Positions 1-7,837 of a stretch of DNA of 20,000 bases are shown piece after piece (position 1 is the stretch's first letter; every line of letters begins with the position of its first letter). The notes under the pieces are model-generated. The model saw only the letters and a program-made list of their open reading frames with translations, ran no database searches and was not told the origin of the DNA. The stretch lies in the IMG/VR virus record IMGVR_UViG_3300008113_011796. One strand, 5' to 3'. Made by a program: the position numbers and the translations under genes. This DNA comes from an uncultured virus (IMG/VR IMGVR_UViG_3300008113_011796) (taxonomy: Duplodnaviria > Heunggongvirae > Uroviricota > Caudoviricetes).

Positions 1-517
1 GGAAGTGCTGTATGTCGCAGTACATGTAGTGGAATGATATGTTTGATTCCTTCTCGTTGTCGTTTATGAAGAACAATCCTTTCTTTCCGTCGTTCTGCAC
101 GATGCCCGGTATTCTCATCATGTTCTCGAGTGACATATCGCCCATCAGGTCGTCGACCTCTACCCTGTGGAAGTGCGTGTATCCGTATTCCTTGGCGAGC
201 CTGAGCGACTTGAAAAGGTTTCTAAGCACCGACAACCCGTGTCTCTGGACGCCGGTGACGACCTCCCAGACGTACATGTTCTCTATCCTGTGGAATAGCT
301 TGATGTCGTCGGCCTTCATCTCCTCGTTGAAAAGGTGGTTCTCGCTGTCGTATAGGAAATAGTCTACTAGTGAGAGTGTTTTCTTTCCAACCGGAGTGTT
401 CGATACTAGCATCGTCGATGCGCCCTTCGATTTCAGCCTCGTCAGGCACTCGTTGAGTTTCTTCTCTATCCTCTCGGTCCTCGCGAAGCAGTCAATTATG
501 AATATCGGCCTTGTCAT
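1..517 (-). CDS. Glycosyltransferase-like (GT-A-like) hypothetical protein, truncated by the window edge
   Basis: Not in the ORF track because it runs off the window. ATG at 517 opens a frame with no stop to position 1: MTRPIFIIDCFARTERIEKKLNECLTRLKSKGASTMLVSNTPV...LAKEYGYTHFHRVEVDD... Hydrophobic first strand, LVSN strand and YTHFHRVEVDD acidic motif resemble a GT-A layout; function is inference. Confidence 0.6.
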   Translation of the reverse strand, partial: MTRPIFIIDCFARTERIEKKLNECLTRLKSKGASTMLVSNTPVGKKTLSLVDYFLYDSENHLFNEEMKADDIKLFHRIENMYVWEVVTGVQRHGLSVLRNLFKSLRLAKEYGYTHFHRVEVDDLMGDMSLENMMRIPGIVQNDGKKGLFFINDNEKESNISFHYMYCDIQHF

Positions 518-586
518 AGTTTTCGAATTTTTTTATTATATTTGTTTCCTGCCGTGATTGTTTCGGATGCAATTTTATATAATACT

Positions 587-985
587 ATGAGAAAGTTATT
601 CCTCGACGACATCAGGTCGCCGAAAGACGCGATAGGCCTTGTTCCTTCGCACATGAACCAGTTCTACTGGTCCAACGACTGGGACGTTGTGAGGAGCCAC
701 GACGAGTTCGTCGACTTCATAGAGAAGAACGGTGTTCCCGACTTCGTCAGCTTCGACCACGACCTGGCGGACGAGCACTACGTGGAGTTTATGAACCTGA
801 GGGACAGGAGCTTCGAGGAGTACGTCCCGATGGAGAAGACCGGATACGAGTCGGCGAAGTGGCTAGTAGACCGATGCCTCGATCTTGGCGTGGCGCTGCC
901 GGAGTACCAGGTGCACTCCGCGAACCAGGTAGGCAAGCAGAACATCGAGTCTTATTTGGAGAACGCGAAAAAACATCTGTTTTGA
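587..985 (+). CDS. Cyclic-phosphate processing receiver-domain protein (stand-alone REC-like, 132 aa)
   Basis: ATG at 587 preferred over TTG 542. Motifs LFLDDIRxP, VSFDHDL, TGYExAKWL and VHSANxVG are the hallmark motifs of this family. Confidence 0.8.
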   Translation: MRKLFLDDIRSPKDAIGLVPSHMNQFYWSNDWDVVRSHDEFVDFIEKNGVPDFVSFDHDLADEHYVEFMNLRDRSFEEYVPMEKTGYESAKWLVDRCLDLGVALPEYQVHSANQVGKQNIESYLENAKKHLF

Positions 986-987
986 TG

Positions 988-1017
988 TTGTCGTTATGGG
1001 AAAAATCCCTATATTTG
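988..1017 (+). promoter_or_regulatory. Bacteroidota-type primary-sigma promoter (-33 TTG / -7 TAnnTTTG)
   Basis: TTG 988-990, 19-nt spacer, TATATTTG 1010-1017, upstream of ATG 1048. An ATATATA box follows at 1022-1028. Confidence 0.75.
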
Positions 1018-1047
1018 TGAAATATATAGAAAAGTAAATAAGAGACT

Positions 1048-2562
1048 ATGGTAATAAAGAACATTCACGAGAAGCTTTTGAACACGGTTCAGACGATGCT
1101 TATCGACACTAAGATCAACCTGCCCTACTACGGCGAGTTCAACCTCCACATCTCGTTCCACGAGCAGGACAGCATCGGTACCTGTGCGGTGAACGTTACA
1201 GGTAAGGGTATGAACTTCTACTACAGCCCTAAGTTCTTGGAGAATATGTCTCAGAAGGAGGTGAACTTCATCGACTTGCACGAGATATTCCACTTGTTGT
1301 TCGACCACCCTAAGCGTACAGTCTCAGGCCAGTACGACCACAAGATGTCTAACATCGTACAGGACATGATCATCAACCACATCATATGGGAGGATATCTC
1401 TCACGCTTTCGTGGAGATACCTAAGTCTGCTGACGGTAAGAATATGGCTCTTTTCGTGCCTAAGGAGTACACGGGCAAGCTTATCTTCGAGGAGCTTTAC
1501 GAGTGGATGAAGGACGAGAAGGAGAAGTGGCAGAAGGAGAACAAGAAGAACTCTGAGTGCTCTTCTTGTAACGGCTCTGGAAAGAAGCAAGATAAAAACC
1601 AGAAAGGCCAGCAACAAGGACAGGAACAAGGACAGCAACCTGGTGAAGGTCAAGGAGAAGGTCAAGGAGAAGGTCAGGGTCAAGGAGAAGGTAATCAACC
1701 TGGTCAGGGTCAAGGCGGTGGTGGACACGAACACGGTGATGGCGAGGCATGTCCTGATTGCAACGGCACTGGTAACCAAGGTGGCAAGGACTCTACGGGC
1801 AAGCCGTCTTACGGACCTTACGGCAAGAACCCTAAGAAGGACGGCGAGGGCTTGGACACCTGGTCGAAGGAGCAGATCTTCCAGGACATGGAGAACGGCA
1901 CCGGCGAGTACCTTGACAAGCACATCTCTGACGAGGTTCCAGAGGAAATGAGAGAGGCGATGGTGAAGGACGTTATGGAGAGGTTGGCTGCTCGTGGCTT
2001 GGCTGCTGGTAACGCAGAGGCTACGTTGAACAAGCTTAGAAAGAAGAGAAAGGACTACTTGAAGGAGATAAAGAGAAGTGTCTCTAACATCATCTTCGGT
2101 ACACAGAAGGTGCGTACCATCATCAAGCCGAACCGTAAGGGTATCTCTGGCTTGAAGGGTAACAAGAAGATCAAGACCGCAATCAATGTAATCTTAGATA
2201 CATCTGGTTCGATGGGTAACACGTTCGAGAAGGTGCTTTCTTACATCTACCGAAACGACATCACTGTCAACATGATACAGGCAGACACGCAAGTGAACTG
2301 GGTCGACAAGTTCATGGATAAGAAGAAAATTGAGAGAATGAAAATCTCTGGCTTAGGTGGTACTGTTCTGCAGCCTGCCGTAGACTTCTGCGTCGAGAAC
2401 TTCAACAAGTACAACACCTGTATCTTGACCGACGGCTACTGCGACAGCCTGGACCTTTCGAAGCTCAACGGGAAGGTGCTCATCATCTCCATCGGGACGA
2501 AGGTACCAATCACAAAGGGTAACAGCAAGGTCAAGCAGATCGTGGTCGATATCGACAAATAA
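1048..2562 (+). CDS. DUF2201-type metallopeptidase-VWA protein with Gly/Gln-rich linker
   Basis: HExxH (HEIFH) followed by NIVQDMIIN; C-terminal VWA with MIDAS DTSGS, GGT and LTDG; central low-complexity linker flanked by CSSCNGSG and CPDCNGTG. Confidence 0.85.
   Translation: MVIKNIHEKLLNTVQTMLIDTKINLPYYGEFNLHISFHEQDSIGTCAVNVTGKGMNFYYSPKFLENMSQKEVNFIDLHEIFHLLFDHPKRTVSGQYDHKMSNIVQDMIINHIIWEDISHAFVEIPKSADGKNMALFVPKEYTGKLIFEELYEWMKDEKEKWQKENKKNSECSSCNGSGKKQDKNQKGQQQGQEQGQQPGEGQGEGQGEGQGQGEGNQPGQGQGGGGHEHGDGEACPDCNGTGNQGGKDSTGKPSYGPYGKNPKKDGEGLDTWSKEQIFQDMENGTGEYLDKHISDEVPEEMREAMVKDVMERLAARGLAAGNAEATLNKLRKKRKDYLKEIKRSVSNIIFGTQKVRTIIKPNRKGISGLKGNKKIKTAINVILDTSGSMGNTFEKVLSYIYRNDITVNMIQADTQVNWVDKFMDKKKIERMKISGLGGTVLQPAVDFCVENFNKYNTCILTDGYCDSLDLSKLNGKVLIISIGTKVPITKGNSKVKQIVVDIDK
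1645..1692 (+). repeat. In-frame 12-bp tandem repeat (GAAGGTCAAGGA, encoding EGQG)
   Basis: Two perfect copies at 1645-1668, then degenerate copies to about 1692, inside the Gly/Gln linker. Confidence 0.8.
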
Positions 2563-2566
2563 AAAT

Positions 2567-2592
2567 AAACCAGTCTCAGGACTGGTTTTTTT
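2567..2592 (+). terminator. Rho-independent terminator
   Basis: AAACCAGTC-TCAG-GACTGGTTT hairpin followed by a T-run, just after the stop at 2562. Confidence 0.85.
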
Positions 2593-2601
2593 ATTCATTA
2601 G

Positions 2602-2632
2602 TTTGTTATATTAGTTTCTTTTTGTATATTTG
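2602..2632 (+). promoter_or_regulatory. Bacteroidota-type primary-sigma promoter
   Basis: TTTG 2602-2605, 19-nt spacer, TATATTTG 2625-2632, upstream of ATG 2653. Confidence 0.8.
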
Positions 2633-2652
2633 TAAAACAAAACAACGACGAT

Positions 2653-3258
2653 ATGATAGACTTCAGCCAATACACAATCGAGGAACTAGCTAACGCTCTT
2701 TATCTTAAGATGGAGACTGAGGGATTTTCCAAAGGAACCGACAAGACGAAGTGGAGAGAGCCAATCGTCGCTGAGAAGCTTGGTCACAAGGCGCACGCTA
2801 AGATCTCTTCTGGAAAGGGAACTGACGGATACGGTTCTGACGCGTTCGACCCTTCTGCTACCGAGTTCTGCGAGTACAAGTCTCAGGCAATAGAGGAAGG
2901 ACAGTTGAGAAACCTGTTGCAGGAAAGCAAGACTTTGAAGAATGGCTCTGTGAAGGAGTACGTTCCTTTGAGCATCACTGGTGTTTACAACGGTTTTAAC
3001 AACAACTTCGAGGTTGCGTCTGTTGAGTACGCTAAGAAGTCTCACTACTTCTCTATCTTCTTCAAAGAGAAGTGCGTTCTTGTGATAAAGGTGAACACAG
3101 AGCACGTAATGTCTACTTTGATCTCTAACTACGAGAAGTTCGCTGCCAAAGGATCTAAGGGTACTACCAACCTTAACAGCGTAACTGTTAGCCTAGCTGA
3201 TAAACATCTTTACGAAATAGCATATAAAGACTATGAATTCTTCAATACAAAACACTGA
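2653..3258 (+). CDS. Putative PD-(D/E)XK restriction-endonuclease-like protein
   Basis: WRE helix, then GSDA...EYKS, fits the E...(P)D...ExK catalytic pattern; overlaps the start of the downstream amino-methyltransferase. Confidence 0.6.
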   Translation: MIDFSQYTIEELANALYLKMETEGFSKGTDKTKWREPIVAEKLGHKAHAKISSGKGTDGYGSDAFDPSATEFCEYKSQAIEEGQLRNLLQESKTLKNGSVKEYVPLSITGVYNGFNNNFEVASVEYAKKSHYFSIFFKEKCVLVIKVNTEHVMSTLISNYEKFAAKGSKGTTNLNSVTVSLADKHLYEIAYKDYEFFNTKH

Positions 3259-3979
3259 TTGCCTTGAGTTTATCAAGAGCCTCGAGGACAACAGCGTGGA
3301 TATGGTGCTTACCGACCCGCCATACTTCATAGGCTTTGACGGCGGTAAGGGCTGGGACTCGCAATGGAAGTCCGAGAAGGAGTACCTCGACTGGTGCGAC
3401 GAGTGGTCGCGCGAGTGCGTGCGTGTTTTAAAGCCGGGCCGCATGATGATAGTCTGGGGAACGCTGAAGACCGACACCTTCTTGAAGTACAAGCTGATGC
3501 TCAGCGGGTACGAAGGCATGCACTCGCAGAACGAGATAGTGTGGTCCTACAACTGGGGCGGCAGGATCAAGAACAACTTCGCGCGCAAGCACGAGTACGC
3601 CTGGTGCTACACCAAAGGCAAGGAGTTCCTGTTCAACGACGCAGAGATAAGGGTTCCGCGCAAGCTCAAGAAGAACATTCGAACCGGAAAGGACTTCGAG
3701 CAGGGAACGATACCGACGTGCGTCTGGGAGAAGAACAACCACACCACTTCGAAGGACTACTGCGGATGGCACCCGACCACAAAGAACATAGAGGTTCTCG
3801 AGCGGATGATCAGTGCGTACACTAACCCGGGCGATGTCGTACTCGACATATTCATGGGTTCTGGATCGACCGCCATCGCGGCTGAGAGATGTGGCAGGAA
3901 GTACCTCGGATCGGAAAGAGACACAGATTACTACGAGAAGTCGCTCGTCAGGATAGAGGAAATGAGAGAGCTAGTATAG
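3233..3979 (+). CDS. Beta-class N4-C/N6-A DNA methyltransferase
   Basis: Motif IV TDPPY precedes motif I DIFMGSGST; HPTTK motif; N-terminal DCLEFIKSL typical of the N6_N4_Mtase family. Confidence 0.93.
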   Translation: MNSSIQNTDCLEFIKSLEDNSVDMVLTDPPYFIGFDGGKGWDSQWKSEKEYLDWCDEWSRECVRVLKPGRMMIVWGTLKTDTFLKYKLMLSGYEGMHSQNEIVWSYNWGGRIKNNFARKHEYAWCYTKGKEFLFNDAEIRVPRKLKKNIRTGKDFEQGTIPTCVWEKNNHTTSKDYCGWHPTTKNIEVLERMISAYTNPGDVVLDIFMGSGSTAIAAERCGRKYLGSERDTDYYEKSLVRIEEMRELV

Positions 3980-4008
3980 AAAATGCCACCCGAAGGTGGC
4001 ATTTTTTT
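3980..4008. terminator. Bidirectional terminator between convergent MTase genes
   Basis: AAAATGCCACC-CGAA-GGTGGCATTTT; on the minus strand the loop is the extra-stable C(UUCG)G tetraloop; A/T tracts on both sides. Confidence 0.9.
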
Positions 4009-4843
4009 ATATCTCGAAGTTCGATACGATTACCTCAGAGGTGTTCTCCTCGTAGGATACGGAACCTACGGCCGCGGCCCAGGCGTTGTACTTCTTGTCG
4101 ATGTACTTCACCCTGTACTTGCTGCACCAGTCCGTCAGCCTCTGGTTCTTCACGCCTCTGTGCGACAGCGTGTTCGATAGTATGAACCTGTAGCCCTTCT
4201 CGTCAAGCACGTCTATCCACTCCAGCAGCTCCTTCTCGTCCGGCTCGTTCCATCCGCCGTAGGTGAACTTAGATGCAAGGTACGGTGGATCCAGGTATAT
4301 TATGTCCTTCTTTCTGTCGACTTTTTCCAACGGCAGGTCCGAGTATTTCCCGTTTATGAACTGCGGGTTGAGCTTGCTCGACAGCCCCTGGTGTAGCCTT
4401 ATCCTGTCGACGTCGGCTTCCTTCCTGCCGAACGGGACGTTGTAGCCGTTCCTGCTGAACCTCAGGAGCGAGTTGAAGCCTAGCTGTATGAGCAGGTGTA
4501 GCATGTGTGCGTTGTCTTCGTTGGTTCCGTTCGTTTTCCAGTCCTCGTTGAAGTCGCTCCTGAGCCTCAGGTATCCCTCCTCGTTTCTTCCGTCGGGGAA
4601 GTACTCGTCTAGGCATTTCTGTACCCTGTCCGCGAGGCCTTCGGACTTCAGTGAGGTGTGTAGCGCGACTACGTTTGTGTCCGCGTCGATTCCGATGCCG
4701 CCCGACTTAGAGTTGTACATGCACACGCCAGAGCCTAGGAAGGGCTCGTGCACTCTTTCCGCGTCGGCGATTGCCTTCGCCAGGTGCGCTTTCATTATCT
4801 TGTATTTGTTCCCTGAGTAGGAGAAAGGTCCTTTGATTTCCAT
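4007..4843 (-). CDS. dam: Dam-like (D12 class, alpha) N6-adenine DNA methyltransferase
   Basis: PFSYSGNK (motif X), EPFLGSG (motif I), YLDPPY (motif IV), FILSN; recognition hairpin NSLLRFSRNGYNVPFG resembles the T4/E. coli Dam hairpin. ATG 4843 preferred over GTG 4858. Confidence 0.88.
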   Translation of the reverse strand: MEIKGPFSYSGNKYKIMKAHLAKAIADAERVHEPFLGSGVCMYNSKSGGIGIDADTNVVALHTSLKSEGLADRVQKCLDEYFPDGRNEEGYLRLRSDFNEDWKTNGTNEDNAHMLHLLIQLGFNSLLRFSRNGYNVPFGRKEADVDRIRLHQGLSSKLNPQFINGKYSDLPLEKVDRKKDIIYLDPPYLASKFTYGGWNEPDEKELLEWIDVLDEKGYRFILSNTLSHRGVKNQRLTDWCSKYRVKYIDKKYNAWAAAVGSVSYEENTSEVIVSNFEI

Positions 4844-4878
4844 GTCTTTTATATTCACTTCTACTATAATGTTTGTTT

Positions 4879-5379
4879 ATGAGCATCATTATGACACACA
4901 ACGCAGTATTCGTCGGTAAGGCCGACACCGATTTCCAGAACGAGCGTTATAGCTTCTCTTGTAACGTAAGGATCGACGAGGTCGACGGTAAGAGTACCGC
5001 GGTTATGATGAGATCGTCAAACCAGGGTAATCTTAGGTCCAAAAATATAAAAGACATATTTTCATCTCTTGGTAAGTTGGAGAGGTTCGATATGGTGGTT
5101 ATCACTTCTATTTGGTCGAAGACGACAGTGTGTGATGTGTATGCGGTCGAGTTCGTTGACTACAAGAAAAAGGTCAGTATGAACGAGTTTAACGACCTTG
5201 GTTTAGGACCTAACATAGACGAGAGGCTCGAGGTTAGACTCAGTGGTGGTTGGACTATCGACGTAGGTAACCGCGACAAGCTCGCCGGCATAGTGGTCGG
5301 TTACGGCGAGCCGTTCCCTTCCGAGAAAGACCTCGCAGCGATACGTAGAGAGATGAAGTTAGGCGGCCTTCTTGGATAG
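4879..5379 (+). CDS. Hypothetical protein ending in IRREMKLGGLLG
   Basis: Open frame filling the gap; start uncertain (ATG 4879 or 4891); overlaps the convergent gene by 21 nt. Confidence 0.7.
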   Translation: MSIIMTHNAVFVGKADTDFQNERYSFSCNVRIDEVDGKSTAVMMRSSNQGNLRSKNIKDIFSSLGKLERFDMVVITSIWSKTTVCDVYAVEFVDYKKKVSMNEFNDLGLGPNIDERLEVRLSGGWTIDVGNRDKLAGIVVGYGEPFPSEKDLAAIRREMKLGGLLG

Positions 5380-5649
5380 CACCTCGATTACGTCGTCCAG
5401 GTCTACGTACCCAATGTTCCCGTCATTGTCCCTGACCGTCACCTTCGGCTTCTCCGCGGATCCTTCCTCGTCCACGTCAATCGGCTCGAGTTCCTCATCT
5501 TCTTTGTGGTCTTTCAGACCCTCAACGTTCCTGACCTTTATCTTCATTCCGTCGGAAATCGCCTTCTGTATGTGTTCCGGCGTGATGAGATCTCCCTCGC
5601 CGTTGTTGGCAACGAATGCCTCGTAGGTCATTATTCTGTCATTTTTCAT
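5359..5649 (-). CDS. Small acidic hypothetical protein with capsid-targeting-like N-terminus (MKNDRIMTYEAFVA)
   Basis: 96-aa ORF with phage-like codon usage; TAATATATA box 4 nt upstream on the minus strand. Confidence 0.8.
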   Translation of the reverse strand: MKNDRIMTYEAFVANNGEGDLITPEHIQKAISDGMKIKVRNVEGLKDHKEDEELEPIDVDEEGSAEKPKVTVRDNDGNIGYVDLDDVIEVLSKKAA

Positions 5650-5653
5650 GCTT

Positions 5654-5677
5654 TATATATTAAGATTGTAATATATA
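5654..5677. promoter_or_regulatory. Back-to-back TAATATATA boxes (putative phage late promoters)
   Basis: Minus-strand copy 5654-5662 and plus-strand copy 5669-5677, each exactly 4 nt from the ATG of its divergent gene (5649 and 5682). Confidence 0.65.
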
Positions 5678-5681
5678 GTGT

Positions 5682-7007
5682 ATGAAGCATTTGAGAAGAT
5701 TTGACGAGGAACTCGACCCGGGCGTCTACAGAAGGGCGGCGCAGGGCAAGGAGAAGGTACACGGCGACGTTGACGCCGCGAAGGCGCTCAGGGACTGGGC
5801 GAAGAAGACCGAGTCCGGTGGGATGGGCTACGACATAGTGTATACTTGTGTAAGAGAGGGACGTCCTCTTTACACTGGGATTGAATACACCGCGAACATG
5901 GTGAAGCCGACGGTGGCCGGTGTCTTCTTCGGATCGGTACTTGAATACCAGAAGAACAGGATTGGTGAGAACACGGCAGACTCTATACTGGCTGAATGGA
6001 AATCGGGTAGCAGGTCGCTATCGGTCAGTATGGTCGTGAACTTCGAGAAGACCGAGACCGTGGACAGGTCATGGACCTACGAGGTCACGATCATCGGTAG
6101 CAAGATTGGTGAGGCAAATGACCAAGTACAGACCTTCAGGATAGAAAAGGAACACGAGTCCTCGGCACAGACCGCACTCGGCCAGAGCATAAAGGCTGCC
6201 TACCCTAAGATCATAGGCAGTCCGCTTAGGAGCGACGCGGTGAGGTGGAAGCTTGTGAAAGGGCCGAAGCTCGGTGTCGTGAAGGGTGGCGAGATGATGA
6301 GTAAGATCAAGGGCGTGGGCTGGAGCACTGGGTTCCAAGACTATACGAGCACGCTCTCGACCTTCGTCATCGAGGTTAGGCTTTCCAGTTCGACCTACGG
6401 TATGGCCGACCAGTACGCCTGCGGCGCGTGCGGTGGCATGGTCACTATGGACTGCTACGAGTGCGACGGCGAGGGAACGATGTGGAGCGACGAGGCGGAC
6501 GACGAAGTTCCCTGCACGGTGTGCAACGGGACCGGCACGTTCACCTGCGAGGAGTGCAACGGCGAGGATTTGACGGCCAAAGTATCTCCGTTCAAGTTCT
6601 TCGAGGACACGTTCTCGCCTGAGGTCACGATGAGGCCGATACCCGGCAAACAGAACTACAACAGGGACGAGGTTTATTCGCAGTATCCTTGGATTGGCAT
6701 GTTCAGGACCAGGGACGACGCGAGGAGGTTCCTAAGCGACAACTTGGAGAGGCTCATAAACGAGGATCCTAGGTCGAAGTACGGAAAGAACGGAGGCGTA
6801 GGTTCCCTCTTCGAGGCGATCACAGACCTCGTGAAGGAGGCGGTCGACGTGAACGACGACAAGTCGATGGACTACATGCAACAGTCGATTTCGGCGGTGG
6901 AGAACATCAGCGTCGCTGCGATGGTTCAGGACAGCAGCGCCAATCTTGCGGTGAGATCTGCCAACAGAGACTTCAGGAACATATCGACTTACAGACCGAA
7001 AAAATAA
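5682..7007 (+). CDS. Hypothetical protein with DnaJ-type CxxCxGxG zinc finger and capsid-targeting-like N-terminus
   Basis: Four repeats CGACGG, CYECDGEG, CTVCNGTG, CEECNG (about 6420-6563); no J-domain HPD; N-terminus MKHLRRFDEELDPGVYRRAA. Confidence 0.8.
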   Translation: MKHLRRFDEELDPGVYRRAAQGKEKVHGDVDAAKALRDWAKKTESGGMGYDIVYTCVREGRPLYTGIEYTANMVKPTVAGVFFGSVLEYQKNRIGENTADSILAEWKSGSRSLSVSMVVNFEKTETVDRSWTYEVTIIGSKIGEANDQVQTFRIEKEHESSAQTALGQSIKAAYPKIIGSPLRSDAVRWKLVKGPKLGVVKGGEMMSKIKGVGWSTGFQDYTSTLSTFVIEVRLSSSTYGMADQYACGACGGMVTMDCYECDGEGTMWSDEADDEVPCTVCNGTGTFTCEECNGEDLTAKVSPFKFFEDTFSPEVTMRPIPGKQNYNRDEVYSQYPWIGMFRTRDDARRFLSDNLERLINEDPRSKYGKNGGVGSLFEAITDLVKEAVDVNDDKSMDYMQQSISAVENISVAAMVQDSSANLAVRSANRDFRNISTYRPKK

Positions 7008-7014
7008 ATAGACC

Positions 7015-7809
7015 ATGAGATACCTGAGAAGATACAACGAGGAGCTTGAGCCCTATACTTATAGAAAGGCAGCGGATCAACTAATAAAAAAGGGTAGGTA
7101 CCACAGAAAAAGAGGTGAGGATATGCAAGAATATGCATCTCTTGTCGATTGGAGAAGACTCAGAGACAGATGCAAGCGTGCCGGAATACTGACGCTTAGA
7201 CTCGAGACAAGTGTGAAGCCTCCAAGTGGTCAGGCAACCCCGGACTACGTTGGAGAGTTCCACCCTGTTGTTGGACTTGGACTCGATATGTTTTCGGAGG
7301 AGGTAGGAGTCAATATAGCCGAGGGTAACACCGACTTCACCGTCACACTAAACTGGTTCGTAAGTGCGGTTCCGACAACGGAGGAAGGCTATGAGCAAGC
7401 ACACGCTGCTGCCAAGAAGAGGGTTCAGTGGGTCAGGGCCAGGGGAGCATACGATAAGAACTATGGGTTTCCCCTGGCCTTCTTTCACTTTGACGTCATC
7501 TTCTCGGGTGGTAGCTACGAATTCGGTACGCCTCAGTTTTACTCCAGTGACGATATGCAAGTAGATGCGCACTTAGAGGACAGGTCTGGATCAGGAAGGA
7601 TCAGGTCCGAGATACTCTGGGAACTGGATGAGAAGTCCGATGAACCTCACATCATCTGGCTAGACGGCAAGAGGCACGAATTCACCAACGGTTTTGGCGC
7701 GTTTGAGGCAATTCTGCAGTTCTACGGGCTGTCGACCGACTACGGACTTGATTCAAAGGCAGTCTACGATTATGTGAAGAAGATACCGGGTAGTTTTTTC
7801 ACCTGCTAG
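7015..7809 (+). CDS. Hypothetical protein whose N-terminus is paralogous to the upstream gene
   Basis: MRYLRRYNEELEPYTYRKAA aligns with MKHLRRFDEELDPGVYRRAA; ATAAATA box at 7004-7010, 4 nt before the ATG. Confidence 0.8.
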   Translation: MRYLRRYNEELEPYTYRKAADQLIKKGRYHRKRGEDMQEYASLVDWRRLRDRCKRAGILTLRLETSVKPPSGQATPDYVGEFHPVVGLGLDMFSEEVGVNIAEGNTDFTVTLNWFVSAVPTTEEGYEQAHAAAKKRVQWVRARGAYDKNYGFPLAFFHFDVIFSGGSYEFGTPQFYSSDDMQVDAHLEDRSGSGRIRSEILWELDEKSDEPHIIWLDGKRHEFTNGFGAFEAILQFYGLSTDYGLDSKAVYDYVKKIPGSFFTC

Positions 7810-7837
7810 TATGAATGACAGAAAAAAATAGACAGAC

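Noticed and set aside
39..449. ORFs 39..362 (+) and 222..449 (-)
   Set aside because: Shadows of the real minus-strand frame starting at 517.
1600..1720. Short repeats that could suggest a CRISPR array
   Set aside because: In-frame 12-bp coding repeats without unique spacers.
5682..7007. DnaJ chaperone
   Set aside because: Only the zinc-finger repeats are present; no HPD J-domain.
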